A stretch of DNA of 64,000 nt from an uncultured delta proteobacterium (GTDB taxonomy: Bacteria; Myxococcota_A; Polyangia; Polyangiales; Polyangiaceae), in contig CAWAIF010000003.1 of the NCBI GenBank assembly GCA_963782055.1, positions 864,001-928,000 of the forward strand, in the 5' to 3' direction. Shown here in pieces: positions 46,156 to 56,302 of this stretch. The notes under the pieces were generated by a model. It had not been told where the DNA came from. It searched no databases and worked only from the letters and a program-made list of their open reading frames with translations. Each line of letters opens with the position of its first letter. Positions within the stretch are counted from its first letter, which is position 1. Position numbers and translations under genes: made by a program.

Positions 46156-47889
46156 ATGTCCACGTCCAGCTCCCCCAGCGCTCCTCCCGCAGCGCCCACC
46201 GAGGCGCGCGCCAAGTCGCTCCCCCTCGCGCCGTCCGAGCCGCCCGCGCTCGTGCCCGCGCGGATGGTCAACGAGCTGCTGTACTGCGAGCGCCTCATGG
46301 CGCTCGAGTGGGTGCAGCGCGAGTTCACCGACAACGCCTTCACCCTCGAGGGGCGGTTCGTGCACTCTCGCGCCGACGAGCCGCGGGGCAAGCTCGCGGC
46401 GCCCGGGCCGGTGGAGGTGCCCTACCAGGCGCGGTCGGTGTGGCTCTCGTCCGCCGAGCTGGGCCTCACCGCGAAGATCGACGTGGTGGAGGGGGACGCC
46501 GCGGGCACGGTCATCCCCATCGAGTACAAGCGCGGCAAGCCGCCGGACCTGCCGGAGGGCGCGTACCTGCCCGAGCGCGCGCAGCTCGCCGCGCAGGTCA
46601 TGCTGCTGCGCGCGCACGGCCACGCGTGCGATCACGGAGAGATCTACTTCGCCGCGGCGAAGCGTCGCGTGCGCATCGAGATCGACGAGGCGCTCGTGCA
46701 GACGGTGAAGGACGCGGTCGCGCGCGCCCGCGAGCTCGCCCGCTCCGAGGACCTGCCGCCGCCGCTGGTCGATAGCCCCAAGTGCAACGGCTGCTCCCTC
46801 GTCGGGATCTGTCTGCCCGACGAGACCAACCTCCTGCGCGAGGCGGAGCCATCCCCTGCGCCGATCCGACAGCTCCTGCCCGCGCGCGACGATCGGCTGC
46901 CGCTCTACGTCACCGAGCCCGGCGCGCGGGTGGGCGTCGACGGCGAGGAGCTGGTGGTCCACGGCAAGGAGGGCAAGACGCGCGCGCGCATCCCGGACAC
47001 CTCCCACGTCTCCCTCTTCGGCAACGTGCAAATCTCCGCTCAGGCGCTGCGCAAGCTCTTCGAGCGGGAGATCGGGGTGAGCTTCCTCTCCTCCGGGGGC
47101 TGGCTCTACGGGCGCGCGGAGGGCCTGCCGTCCAGCAACGTGGCGCTGCGCATGGCCCAGCACCGCGCGGCGGCGGACCCCGCGACGTGCCTGCGCCTCG
47201 CGCGCGCCTTCGTGGAGGCGAAGATACGCAACCAGCGCACCCTGCTGCGGCGCAACCACCCGGAGCCGCCGCAGGTCACCCTCTTCGAGCTGGAGCAGTT
47301 CGCGCGCAAGGCGCGGGACGCCGAGCGCGTCGAGAGCCTGCTCGGGATCGAGGGCACCGCGGCGCGGGCCTACTTCGGCGCTTTCAGCGGGATGCTCAAG
47401 GGGCCGCAGGCCGCGTGCTTCGACCTCGACGGCCGCAACCGCCGGCCGCCGCGGGATCCGGTCAACGCCCTGCTCTCCTTCGCGTACGCCCTCCTCGCGC
47501 GGGATCTCACCCTCGCGCTCGGGGACGCGGGCCTGGACCCGATGGTGGGCTTCTACCACCGCCCGCGCTTCGGCCGCCCGGCGCTGGCGCTGGACATGAT
47601 GGAGGAGCTGCGCCCCATCGTCGCCAACTCCGTCGTCGTCACCGCGATCAACACCGGCGTCATCGGAGAGGGCGACTTCCTCGACCGCGGCGGCGCCGGG
47701 GTGAGCCTGACGCCCGCGGGTCGCAAGGCGATGGCCCTCGCCCACGAGCGCCGCCTCGATCAGCTCGGCACCCACCCCGTCTTCGGCTACCGCATCAGCG
47801 CCAAGCGCATGCTCGAGGTCCAGTCGCGCCTGCTCGGGCGCTTCCTGCTCGGGGAGATCCCCGAGTATCCCCAGCTCCGCCCGAGGTGA
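46156..47889 (+). CDS. cas1: Cas4-Cas1 fusion
   Basis: Cas4 (YCER, IDVVE, IEYKRG, CNGCSLVGICLP) then Cas1 (GIEGTAARAYF, RPPRDPVNALLS, GFYH, LDMMEELRP). Confidence 0.95.
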   Translation: MSTSSSPSAPPAAPTEARAKSLPLAPSEPPALVPARMVNELLYCERLMALEWVQREFTDNAFTLEGRFVHSRADEPRGKLAAPGPVEVPYQARSVWLSSAELGLTAKIDVVEGDAAGTVIPIEYKRGKPPDLPEGAYLPERAQLAAQVMLLRAHGHACDHGEIYFAAAKRRVRIEIDEALVQTVKDAVARARELARSEDLPPPLVDSPKCNGCSLVGICLPDETNLLREAEPSPAPIRQLLPARDDRLPLYVTEPGARVGVDGEELVVHGKEGKTRARIPDTSHVSLFGNVQISAQALRKLFEREIGVSFLSSGGWLYGRAEGLPSSNVALRMAQHRAAADPATCLRLARAFVEAKIRNQRTLLRRNHPEPPQVTLFELEQFARKARDAERVESLLGIEGTAARAYFGAFSGMLKGPQAACFDLDGRNRRPPRDPVNALLSFAYALLARDLTLALGDAGLDPMVGFYHRPRFGRPALALDMMEELRPIVANSVVVTAINTGVIGEGDFLDRGGAGVSLTPAGRKAMALAHERRLDQLGTHPVFGYRISAKRMLEVQSRLLGRFLLGEIPEYPQLRPR

Positions 47890-47893
47890 GGAC

Positions 47894-48184
47894 GTGCGAC
47901 AGGCCTACATCGTCACCTACGACGTCTGCGATCCCAAGCGCCTGCGGCGCGTCTACAAGCTGATGAGGGGCTTCGGACGCCACCTCCAGCTCTCGGTCTT
48001 CCACTGCGAGCTGGACGCCGCCCGGCGCATCGAGCTCATGGCGCGCCTCTCGAGGGAGATCAACCACGAGGAGGACCAGGTCCTCTTCGTGGACATCGGT
48101 CCCGCGAGCGGCCGGGCGCTCGAGTCGGTCGAGTCGGTGGGCAAGGCGTACGTGCCGCGGGTTCGCGGTGCAATCGTCGCCTGA
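47894..48184 (+). CDS. cas2: Cas2
   Basis: YIVTYDVCDPKRLRRV..LQLSVF. Confidence 0.95.
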   Translation: MRQAYIVTYDVCDPKRLRRVYKLMRGFGRHLQLSVFHCELDAARRIELMARLSREINHEEDQVLFVDIGPASGRALESVESVGKAYVPRVRGAIVA

Positions 48185-48415
48185 GCGGACGTATGATGGC
48201 TCCCACGCGTCGTCACGATCCCCCCTGCGAGCGGTCCGGTGACGCGCCGCTCCCGGGACCCGCTCGCAACGCCCGCCGGCTCCTTGAAATCCCGGATGTT
48301 CCATTCGCTCGCGGCGAGCCGACCCGCGCCGGCGGCCTCCCGTTCACGGGGGCCGACGGAGGCTCTCGCGAGAACGTACCGGACCCCGCGGAATCCTTCG
48401 GGACCTGCGCGGTCA
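48185..48415 (+). promoter_or_regulatory. CRISPR leader
   Basis: Non-coding DNA between cas2 and the first repeat; includes GCGAGCGG..CCGCTCGC inverted pair. Confidence 0.75.
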
Positions 48416-51400
48416 GTCTTCCGCCGCGATGAGCGGCGGCCCCATTGAAGCTCGCCGCGCGTCATGGCCCGCGCCGTGAACCGGAAGACGTCTTCCGCCG
48501 CGATGAGCGGCGGCCCCATTGAAGCAGCTCAACTCGTACGCGTCCCTCGCCGCGTCCTCTTGTCTTCCGCCGCGATGAGCGGCGGCCCCATTGAAGCCTG
48601 CAGCGCGATGCGGTACACGACCGCGGCCGCTGGTCTTCCGCCGCGATGAGCGGCGGCCCCATTGAAGCCTGATCTTGATCCGTGTAATATGCATGCGTCT
48701 ACCCTCGTCTTCCGCCGCGATGAGCGGCGGCCCCATTGAAGCTCCCTCTTCGCCGCGCGCGTCATCCGTCGTCGCCCTCGTCTTCCGCCGCGATGAGCGG
48801 CGGCCCCATTGAAGCGTCGTCCCGATGAACGCGAGCTGCCTGGGTACGTCGATGTCTTCCGCCGCGATGAGCGGCGGCCCCATTGAAGCGCAGCAGATTG
48901 CGCGATGGCCGCTACTGGCCATCTGGCGTCTTCCGCCGCGATGAGCGGCGGCCCCATTGAAGCAGGCCCTGCAACGCGGCCACCGTTGCCGCGGCGACGC
49001 CGGGTCTTCCGCCGCGATGAGCGGCGGCCCCATTGAAGCAACGCGCTGTTCCCCGAGTACGTCCAGGACGTCGGCAGTCTTCCGCCGCGATGAGCGGCGG
49101 CCCCATTGAAGCGGTGGCGTCGCGGATGGGGGGCGACGTGCCTAGAGCGGTCTTCCGCCGCGATGAGCGGCGGCCCCATTGAAGCAAGTCGCCGCCGGAG
49201 GTTCGAACGCCGGTGAGGTGTCTTCCGCCGCGATGAGCGGCGGCCCCATTGAAGCAGGAGGCGGTCTTTCATCGGTATCTGCCGAGCAGCTCGCGCGTCT
49301 TCCGCCGCGATGAGCGGCGGCCCCATTGAAGCTGGGTGATGTTGGCGCTCGCGACGGGCGGCGAGACCGTGTCTTCCGCCGCGATGAGCGGCGGCCCCAT
49401 TGAAGCGCCACGCAGGCCGTCAGTAGCACCACCATTACGCGCGTCTTCCGCCGCGATGAGCGGCGGCCCCATTGAAGCCGCATTTGTCGCAGATCATCTC
49501 TCGGCTCTCCTCTCGTCTTCCGCCGCGATGAGCGGCGGCCCCATTGAAGCTGAGGCAATGGGCGCTCGGTCGCCAGGGGAGGGTAGGGCGAGTCTTCCGC
49601 CGCGATGAGCGGCGGCCCCATTGAAGCCGAGGATCCTTGTGAGCTGCGATGGCGCCGAGAATGGCAGGTCTTCCGCCGCGATGAGCGGCGGCCCCATTGA
49701 AGCGGCCCGACTGGCGGCGACGGAGGCAACGGCAACGCCTCGTCTTCCGCCGCGATGAGCGGCGGCCCCATTGAAGCCGCGGGAGATCCCCAGCGTGAGA
49801 CGAGCGCCGCGGCCATCACGTCTTCCGCCGCGATGAGCGGCGGCCCCATTGAAGCGTGACCGATTTCGCCGTGTCGCCACTCTGGACGTTGCCGAGTCTT
49901 CCGCCGCGATGAGCGGCGGCCCCATTGAAGCATCACGGTCGCTTCTGGACCTGTACACGCACCAGCGTCTTCCGCCGCGATGAGCGGCGGCCCCATTGAA
50001 GCCGTTGAAACAACCGAAGCTCGGGTCACACTCGCCACACGTCTTCCGCCGCGATGAGCGGCGGCCCCATTGAAGCGCGCTCCACGCTCGATGCGTACTC
50101 GGAACCGGTGCAGCGTCTTCCGCCGCGATGAGCGGCGGCCCCATTGAAGCGCGACGCCGAGGCGCTGACCCGTCAGGCGAACCGACGCGTCTTCCGCCGC
50201 GATGAGCGGCGGCCCCATTGAAGCGCGCGACGTCGCGATGCTCGGCCGCGTGCGACGCTGCGGGTCTTCCGCCGCGATGAGCGGCGGCCCCATTGAAGCG
50301 CGATTCGCGCCAGGTGCGCGCGGGCAGCCTCGACGAGCATCGGGTCTTCCGCCGCGATGAGCGGCGGCCCCATTGAAGCACGTAGGTCCCCATCGCCTCG
50401 AGCTGCCGCCAGCGGCGTCTTCCGCCGCGATGAGCGGCGGCCCCATTGAAGCTGAGCCAGTAGCGCGCTCGGTCGACGACGCGAGGCTAGGTCTTCCGCC
50501 GCGATGAGCGGCGGCCCCATTGAAGCCCGATCGGCGTTGGGTCGAGCCGCCGGGCCCACGCGCGCGTCTTCCGCCGCGATGAGCGGCGGCCCCATTGAAG
50601 CGCATCGGTCGGCGATCGCGATCGCCGGCGAGCGGCACGGCGGGGTCTTCCGCCGCGATGAGCGGCGGCCCCATTGAAGCACGGTCCATCGAGCTCGCGC
50701 TGACGTCAGCGGCGGGACGATGTCTTCCGCCGCGATGAGCGGCGGCCCCATTGAAGCGTCGCGCGTCAAGAACTCGGCCGGCATGCGAGTGCGCGCGTCT
50801 TCCGCCGCGATGAGCGGCGGCCCCATTGAAGCACGATCGCGCCGGTGAGCGTGGCAGTCGAACCGGCGTCGTGTCTTCCGCCGCGATGAGCGGCGGCCCC
50901 ATTGAAGCACGTCGGCTTCAATCGCCAAAGGGCTAAGTCGGCGCGGCGTCTTCCGCCGCGATGAGCGGCGGCCCCATTGAAGCCGTCCACCGCTCAGGAT
51001 GGGTCTTCCGCCGCGATGAGCGGCGGCCCCATTGAACTCGCCGTCGGTGAGCCGCAGCCGTCTTCCGCCGCGATGAGCGGCGGCCCCATTGAAGCCCCCG
51101 TTACCCGGTCGGCACCACCTACCGCCCCAAGTCTTCCGCCGCGATGAGCGGCGGCCCCATTGAAGCGACTCCACCGCCGCGGGCTACGTCGTGCAGGGCA
51201 AGGTCTTCCGCCGCGATGAGCGGCGGCCCCATTGAAGCTCCAGCCTGGCGCGCTCCTCCTCGGCCCCGCGGCGAGTCTTCCGCCGCGATGAGCGGCGGCC
51301 CCATTGAAGCGCGCCAGAGAGAGGAGGAGATCATCGCGTCCCCCTCGTCTTCCGCCGCGATGAGCGGCGGCCCCATTGAAGCCTCCTGGTACCTGGCGTG

Positions 51401-53415
51401 CGAGGAGATCGCGCCCGAGTCTTCCGCCGCGATGAGCGGCGGCCCCATTGAAGCGCCATCGGCCCGGATCCCGCCGCCGACGGCGGGACGGAGTCTTCCG
51501 CCGCGATGAGCGGCGGCCCCATTGAAGCCCGGACCTGCTGGCTGACGCCGCGGAGGAGCTCGAGTCTTCCGCCGCGATGAGCGGCGGCCCCATTGAAGCC
51601 GGCCCACCACGGCGTTCTGGGCCCGGGCCTTCGCGGTCTTCCGCCGCGATGAGCGGCGGCCCCATTGAAGCCCGGCCCGCTGGGCGTCCATCTGCGCCGT
51701 GGCCTGCGTCTTCCGCCGCGATGAGCGGCGGCCCCATTGAAGCGCGCCGTTGAGCTCGTCCCAGCCGGCCGCGAACGCCTCGTCTTCCGCCGCGATGAGC
51801 GGCGGCCCCATTGAAGCCGGCGTGGCCAGCTCCTCGGCGCCCAGAACCGCCGGACGTCTTCCGCCGCGATGAGCGGCGGCCCCATTGAAGCGTCGAACGG
51901 AAGAGCATGGCCGGCGGCCTTCTCGCGGGTCTTCCGCCGCGATGAGCGGCGGCCCCATTGAAGCAGGGGCGTTAGGGCCGTAAGCCCGTCGTTCGCGTCG
52001 GTCTTCCGCCGCGATGAGCGGCGGCCCCATTGAAGCAGCAGCTCGAAGATCACGTTTTGCAAGTTCCCGGCGCGTCTTCCGCCGCGATGAGCGGCGGCCC
52101 CATTGAAGCCACGCCAGCTTGGAGCACCCCGGAGTAGTCACCAGTGTCTTCCGCCGCGATGAGCGGCGGCCCCATTGAAGCCTCGACGTCGTGGCTGTGA
52201 TCGACGCAGCGATCCCCGGGTCTTCCGCCGCGATGAGCGGCGGCCCCATTGAAGCACGTGACGCTCGCCGTCGCGATCATCGGCGGGCTCGTGGTCTTCC
52301 GCCGCGATGAGCGGCGGCCCCATTGAAGCGCCAAAGGTGGCGATCCATGACCAACGTGACGACGTGGGTCTTCCGCCGCGATGAGCGGCGGCCCCATTGA
52401 AGCGCTCGTGTGGCGGCACTGTCCGATCGGCGTCCCGCACGTCTTCCGCCGCGATGAGCGGCGGCCCCATTGAAGCTTCGCCAGGGCCGCGGCGACGTCG
52501 GAGAACTGGATCCCGTCTTCCGCCGCGATGAGCGGCGGCCCCATTGAAGCCAGACCGCGCCGGTGCCCACGTGTCCCGTGCCGGGAGTCTTCCGCCGCGA
52601 TGAGCGGCGGCCCCATTGAAGCGGCACGTGGCTGAGTGCCGTACGCGCGCAGTCGCACGGTCTTCCGCCGCGATGAGCGGCGGCCCCATTGAAGCCGGCG
52701 GGCGACCCGGCGACCGGACGCCGTCCTTCTGCGCGAGTCTTCCGCCGCGATGAGCGGCGGCCCCATTGAAGCGACAGCGCGTAGTTGGTGGCGGCGAGCG
52801 AGCCCTCGAGGTCTTCCGCCGCGATGAGCGGCGGCCCCATTGAAGCGATGGGCACGTCCATCCTGAACGTCGCATCTCGCGCGTCTTCCGCCGCGATGAG
52901 CGGCGGCCCCATTGAAGCGAGCCCCGCAAGCGCGAGCAGACGGTGCGCTACCTCGTCTTCCGCCGCGATGAGCGGCGGCCCCATTGAAGCCCGCGTCTCG
53001 ATGAGCGGCCGCAGGCGTACTTCGCGGGTCTTCCGCCGCGATGAGCGGCGGCCCCATTGAAGCGGGCTCCGGGGGCCCTTTTGCGCGCCGGTCGCGCGCA
53101 GTCTTCCGCCGCGATGAGCGGCGGCCCCATTGAAGCTCCACGCGCAGCCGCTTGGCCCTGGCCCATCGACTCGTCTTCCGCCGCGATGAGCGGCGGCCCC
53201 ATTGAAGCCTCGGCGCCTGTCGCCGCCATGCGGCACAGCGCGTGGTCTTCCGCCGCGATGAGCGGCGGCCCCATTGAAGCTCGGCAGCCGATGCCGCGCG
53301 CACCTCGGCAACGGGGTCTTCCGCCGCGATGAGCGGCGGCCCCATTGAAGCGTCGTCGTCGTCTTCTTGGTCTTCATGTTGTCCTCCAGGTCTTCCGCCG
53401 CGATGAGCGGCGGCC
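48416..53415 (+). CRISPR. CRISPR array, repeat GTCTTCCGCCGCGATGAGCGGCGGCCCCATTGAAGC (36 bp), about 69 repeats / 68 spacers (hand count)
   Basis: Near-invariant repeats with stem CCGCCGC-GATGA-GCGGCGG and ATTGAAGC 3' end; spacers mostly 34-44 nt; last repeat truncated at 26 nt. Confidence 0.98.
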
Positions 53416-53570
53416 TGTAGTGTGTCAGCGCCGGGTCTCGCCTCTCGCCCTCGCCCCGACTGCGCGCTTGCTCCGCTCCTCCGCGCACACGTCCGCCTGC
53501 TCCCCTCCGCCGCGCGACCAGCTTGTCAAAGACCGAGGCGCCGGACCAACATCCTCTCCGGCGCCCGTGC

Positions 53571-54533
53571 TTACGAGAACCGCCACCACCGGAGCCGGCC
53601 GTCGAACAGCAGCAGCCGTCCGCCGTGCGATCGCCCTGCGGCACGTCCCGCGTGCACCTCGTCGGGCGTCCGCCCTCCGAAGGCGCCATGCGGCCGGTGC
53701 GTGTTGTAGAACCACTCGAAGTCGCGGCACGCGCGCGCCACCTGCGCCCGGCTCCCCAGCATCCAGTAGCACCGCCGCAGCGTCTCCTTGAACGTCCGGA
53801 ACACGCGCTCGATCCGCCCGTTCGTCCACGGGTGGTACGGGCGCGTCATCGTGTGCACGATCCCGCGCGCGCCCATCAGCGCCGCGAACGCGCGCGACCG
53901 GAACACCGAGCCGCGGTCCGTGAGGATCCTCCGCGGGCACCCGTGCCGCGCGAACGCGCGGTCCATCGCGCGCCCGATCGCTGCGGCGGACGGCCACGCG
54001 ACCGGCTCGAGCGCCACGATCCGGCTGCCGTGGTAGTCGACCGCCCCCAGCACCCACACCGGCAAGAACCCCAGCACCCAGATCAACGTCAGGTCCACGC
54101 CCCAGAGCACGCGCGCCGCGCGCACGGCGATCCTCCGCCCCGGCCGCCCTCTCTCCCCTTCGAGCTCGGCGATCCTCCCCTGGTTCCGGATGACGATCCG
54201 GCGGAAGGTGCTCCGCGCCGCGTCGAACCCCAGCACCCGGCGCGCGAGGTGGCGGAGCTGCCCGGCGCCGAGGGCGGGCACCTCCACGTGCAGCCTGACG
54301 ATCTCCTCCTCGACCTCGCGGGCCGTACGGTTCCACCCCCGCCGCCGCTCCACGCGCACGACGTGCCCATGGCGGCGTAGCCATCCTCGCAGCAGCCTGC
54401 GGACCGAGCCTCGCAGCCGCCGGGCGCCCTTCCGGACCGAGCGCCGCCAGTCGTCCACCGCGAGCGCGCCGCGGAGCGCCAGCCGGACGATCAGCACGCA
54501 GACCGCGTCGTGAGCGCTCAGCAACGTCTCCAT
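53571..54533 (-). CDS. rve/DDE integrase (IS481/IS3-like core)
   Basis: WGVDLT, LTDRGSVF, PWTNGRIERVFRTFK, YNTHRPHGAFGGRTP. Confidence 0.88.
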   Translation of the reverse strand: METLLSAHDAVCVLIVRLALRGALAVDDWRRSVRKGARRLRGSVRRLLRGWLRRHGHVVRVERRRGWNRTAREVEEEIVRLHVEVPALGAGQLRHLARRVLGFDAARSTFRRIVIRNQGRIAELEGERGRPGRRIAVRAARVLWGVDLTLIWVLGFLPVWVLGAVDYHGSRIVALEPVAWPSAAAIGRAMDRAFARHGCPRRILTDRGSVFRSRAFAALMGARGIVHTMTRPYHPWTNGRIERVFRTFKETLRRCYWMLGSRAQVARACRDFEWFYNTHRPHGAFGGRTPDEVHAGRAAGRSHGGRLLLFDGRLRWWRFS

Positions 54534-54592
54534 CCGGCGAGAATACGGCCGTGCAATGCGGCGGGCCGCCCGGCCGGGTAGGCGATCCGCAC

Positions 54593-54628
54593 CGCCAATA
54601 TTGGCGACCCGGACCGCCAATATTGGCG
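54593..54628. promoter_or_regulatory. tandem palindrome site 5, upstream of the integrase
   Basis: CGCCAATATTGGCG at 54593 and 54615; same 8-bp linker as site 1. Confidence 0.75.
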
Positions 54629-54648
54629 GCCCGGATCGCGCGCTCCGC

Positions 54649-54969
54649 TCACCGCCCGACCAGCCGCACCAGCGTCCCGAGCACCTGATCGAACCGCCGC
54701 CGCACCTCCGGGTCGAGCTCGCCCATGTACCCGAGCGCCGCCGCCACCTCGAAGCACGCCACCACCTCCCGCAGCGAGCCCAGCGCGTTGTGGTACCGCG
54801 CCGCCCGGTTCTTCCCTCGCGAGTACATCCCCTCCGCCACGTTCAGCGGCGCGCTCGCCAGCGCCCTCCGGCACTGCCGGGCGAGATCCGCGTCACACCG
54901 CTCGAGCTGCCGCACCAGCGGCGCCACCGACCGAACCAGCTCCAAGAGCACAGGGTAGATGCGCAACAT
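54649..54969 (-). CDS. four-helix-bundle protein (23S rRNA IVP/Avd-like fold)
   Basis: LARQCRRALASAPLNVAEG..ALGSLREV..AAALGY. Confidence 0.85.
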   Translation of the reverse strand: MLRIYPVLLELVRSVAPLVRQLERCDADLARQCRRALASAPLNVAEGMYSRGKNRAARYHNALGSLREVVACFEVAAALGYMGELDPEVRRRFDQVLGTLVRLVGR

Positions 54970-55216
54970 GCCGTGACTCCTTGATCGCACCCGCGCACCG
55001 CGCGCGGGGGCACCCGCCCCAGCCCGCCGCGCGCAGGAGCTGTCGAGGCTGCGAGCGAAGCGAGCACCGCGCGCAGCCGCCCGCAGCCGCGCGGAGGGCG
55101 CGCTCTGGATCCCTCGCCCAGTGACGCGAACGCGCGCCCGAGCACGGCGAGGACGGCGAGCACGGCCCGGCCTCGACAGCTCCGAGCACGGCGGGACAAT
55201 CCCCTTCCCCGAGCGA

Positions 55217-55306
55217 TCGCTCTCCCTCCCGCCCTCTCGCTCTCGCGCCCGCCCCCGCTCTCGCTCTCGCCCTCGCCCCCGCGCCCGCCCTCGCTCTCGC
55301 GCCCGC
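55217..55306. repeat. degenerate hexamer tract (CTCGCN/CCCGCN)
   Basis: Read directly. Confidence 0.8.
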
Positions 55307-55480
55307 AGGTGGCGAGCTGCGGGATTTGTGGATCTACCTCGCGCGTTCGTCGCGGCGGTCGTGCGAGTCTGCGGCTTCGCCATCACGGCGCCCGCGGCCC
55401 GAGCGTCCAGTACCTCGTGCTCGACTGGCTGGACGGCGCGGCGACGCCGGCCGCATCTCGGGCGTGCTACGATCGACACC

Positions 55481-56086
55481 GTGTACGCCACGAAGGAACA
55501 GCTCCCCGAGCGCTCGATGGATCAGCGCGTCACGCTGCACGACGTGAGCTTCCAGGCCTACGAGGCGCTGCTGGCGTGGCGCGGCGAGCGGTCGGTGCCT
55601 CGGATGACGTACCTCGAAGGGGAGCTCGAGCTGATGACGCCTTCCATCGATCACGAGCTGCAGAAGACGCTGCTCGGCCGGCTGCTCGAGACGTTCGCGG
55701 ACGAGACCGGCCTCGAGCTGGAGGGTGCCGGCTCGTGGACCGTCAAGCGGCGCGACCTCGAGCGCGGCGCCGAGGCCGACGAGTGCTACGTCCTCGGGTC
55801 GATCCAGGACCTTCGCCCGGCGGCGCCGGACATCGCGATCGAGGTCCTGTGGACCCGCGGCGGGCTCGACAAGCTGGAGGTCTGGCGGAAGCTCGGCGCG
55901 CGCGAGGTGTGGGGCTGGTCACGCGGGAAGCTCACCTTCCACGTGCTCCACCGCGATCGGTACACGGCGGCCAGACGCAGCAAGCTCGTGCCCGGGCTCA
56001 ACCCTGATTTGATCGCAAGGTGCATGCAGTCCCGGACGCAGGGCGAAGCGGTCCGGATGCTCCGCGCCGCGCTCCGGAAGCGCTGA
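55481..56086 (+). CDS. Uma2/DUF820 family endonuclease (start 55481 or 55517)
   Basis: RMTYLEGELELMTPS..HE, EADECY, PDIAIEV, LGAREVW. Confidence 0.88.
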   Translation: MYATKEQLPERSMDQRVTLHDVSFQAYEALLAWRGERSVPRMTYLEGELELMTPSIDHELQKTLLGRLLETFADETGLELEGAGSWTVKRRDLERGAEADECYVLGSIQDLRPAAPDIAIEVLWTRGGLDKLEVWRKLGAREVWGWSRGKLTFHVLHRDRYTAARRSKLVPGLNPDLIARCMQSRTQGEAVRMLRAALRKR

Positions 56087-56131
56087 TCCAGGATGGTTCG
56101 GGGCCGCCGCGCGGCGTGCATCCTCGTGGCG

Positions 56132-56263
56132 AGCTGCGGCGCCACGGACCGAACCAGCTCCAGCAACCCAGGGTAGATGCGCAACCTCGCAGACTCCTTC
56201 CTCACGCCGGCGTCTCCTACCCCCGCGCCCGCCCTCGCCCCCGCGCCCGCCCTCGCCCCCGCG
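56132..56263 (-). pseudogene. relic 5' end of a second four-helix-bundle gene plus hexamer tract (56221-56263)
   Basis: LRIYPGLLELVRSVAP vs LRIYPVLLELVRSVAP; ATG replaced by AGG. Confidence 0.7.
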
Positions 56264-56302
56264 TGAGGGCGGGGAGCGCGCCGTCCCCTGCGTTTTGCAC
56301 TT

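Noticed and set aside
52990..53027. Spacer sharing CGATGAGCGGC with the repeat
   Set aside because: An 11-nt match is plausible by chance at this GC content
53352..53389. Last spacer resembles the start of the IS1380 transposase (MKTKKTTT vs MKTTTS)
   Set aside because: Only a short low-complexity nucleotide match; not a protospacer
48413..53689. Long ORFs with MGPPLIAAED / LQWGRRSSRRKT repeats
   Set aside because: Translations of CRISPR repeats
44762..54533. Canonical CRISPR-associated transposon (CAST)
   Set aside because: No TniQ; the ATPase is AAA_14/DUF4143, not TnsC; Cas3 is present; no paired transposon ends found
54649..54969. Diversity-generating retroelement (Avd-like gene)
   Set aside because: No reverse transcriptase and no adenine-specific TR/VR pair seen
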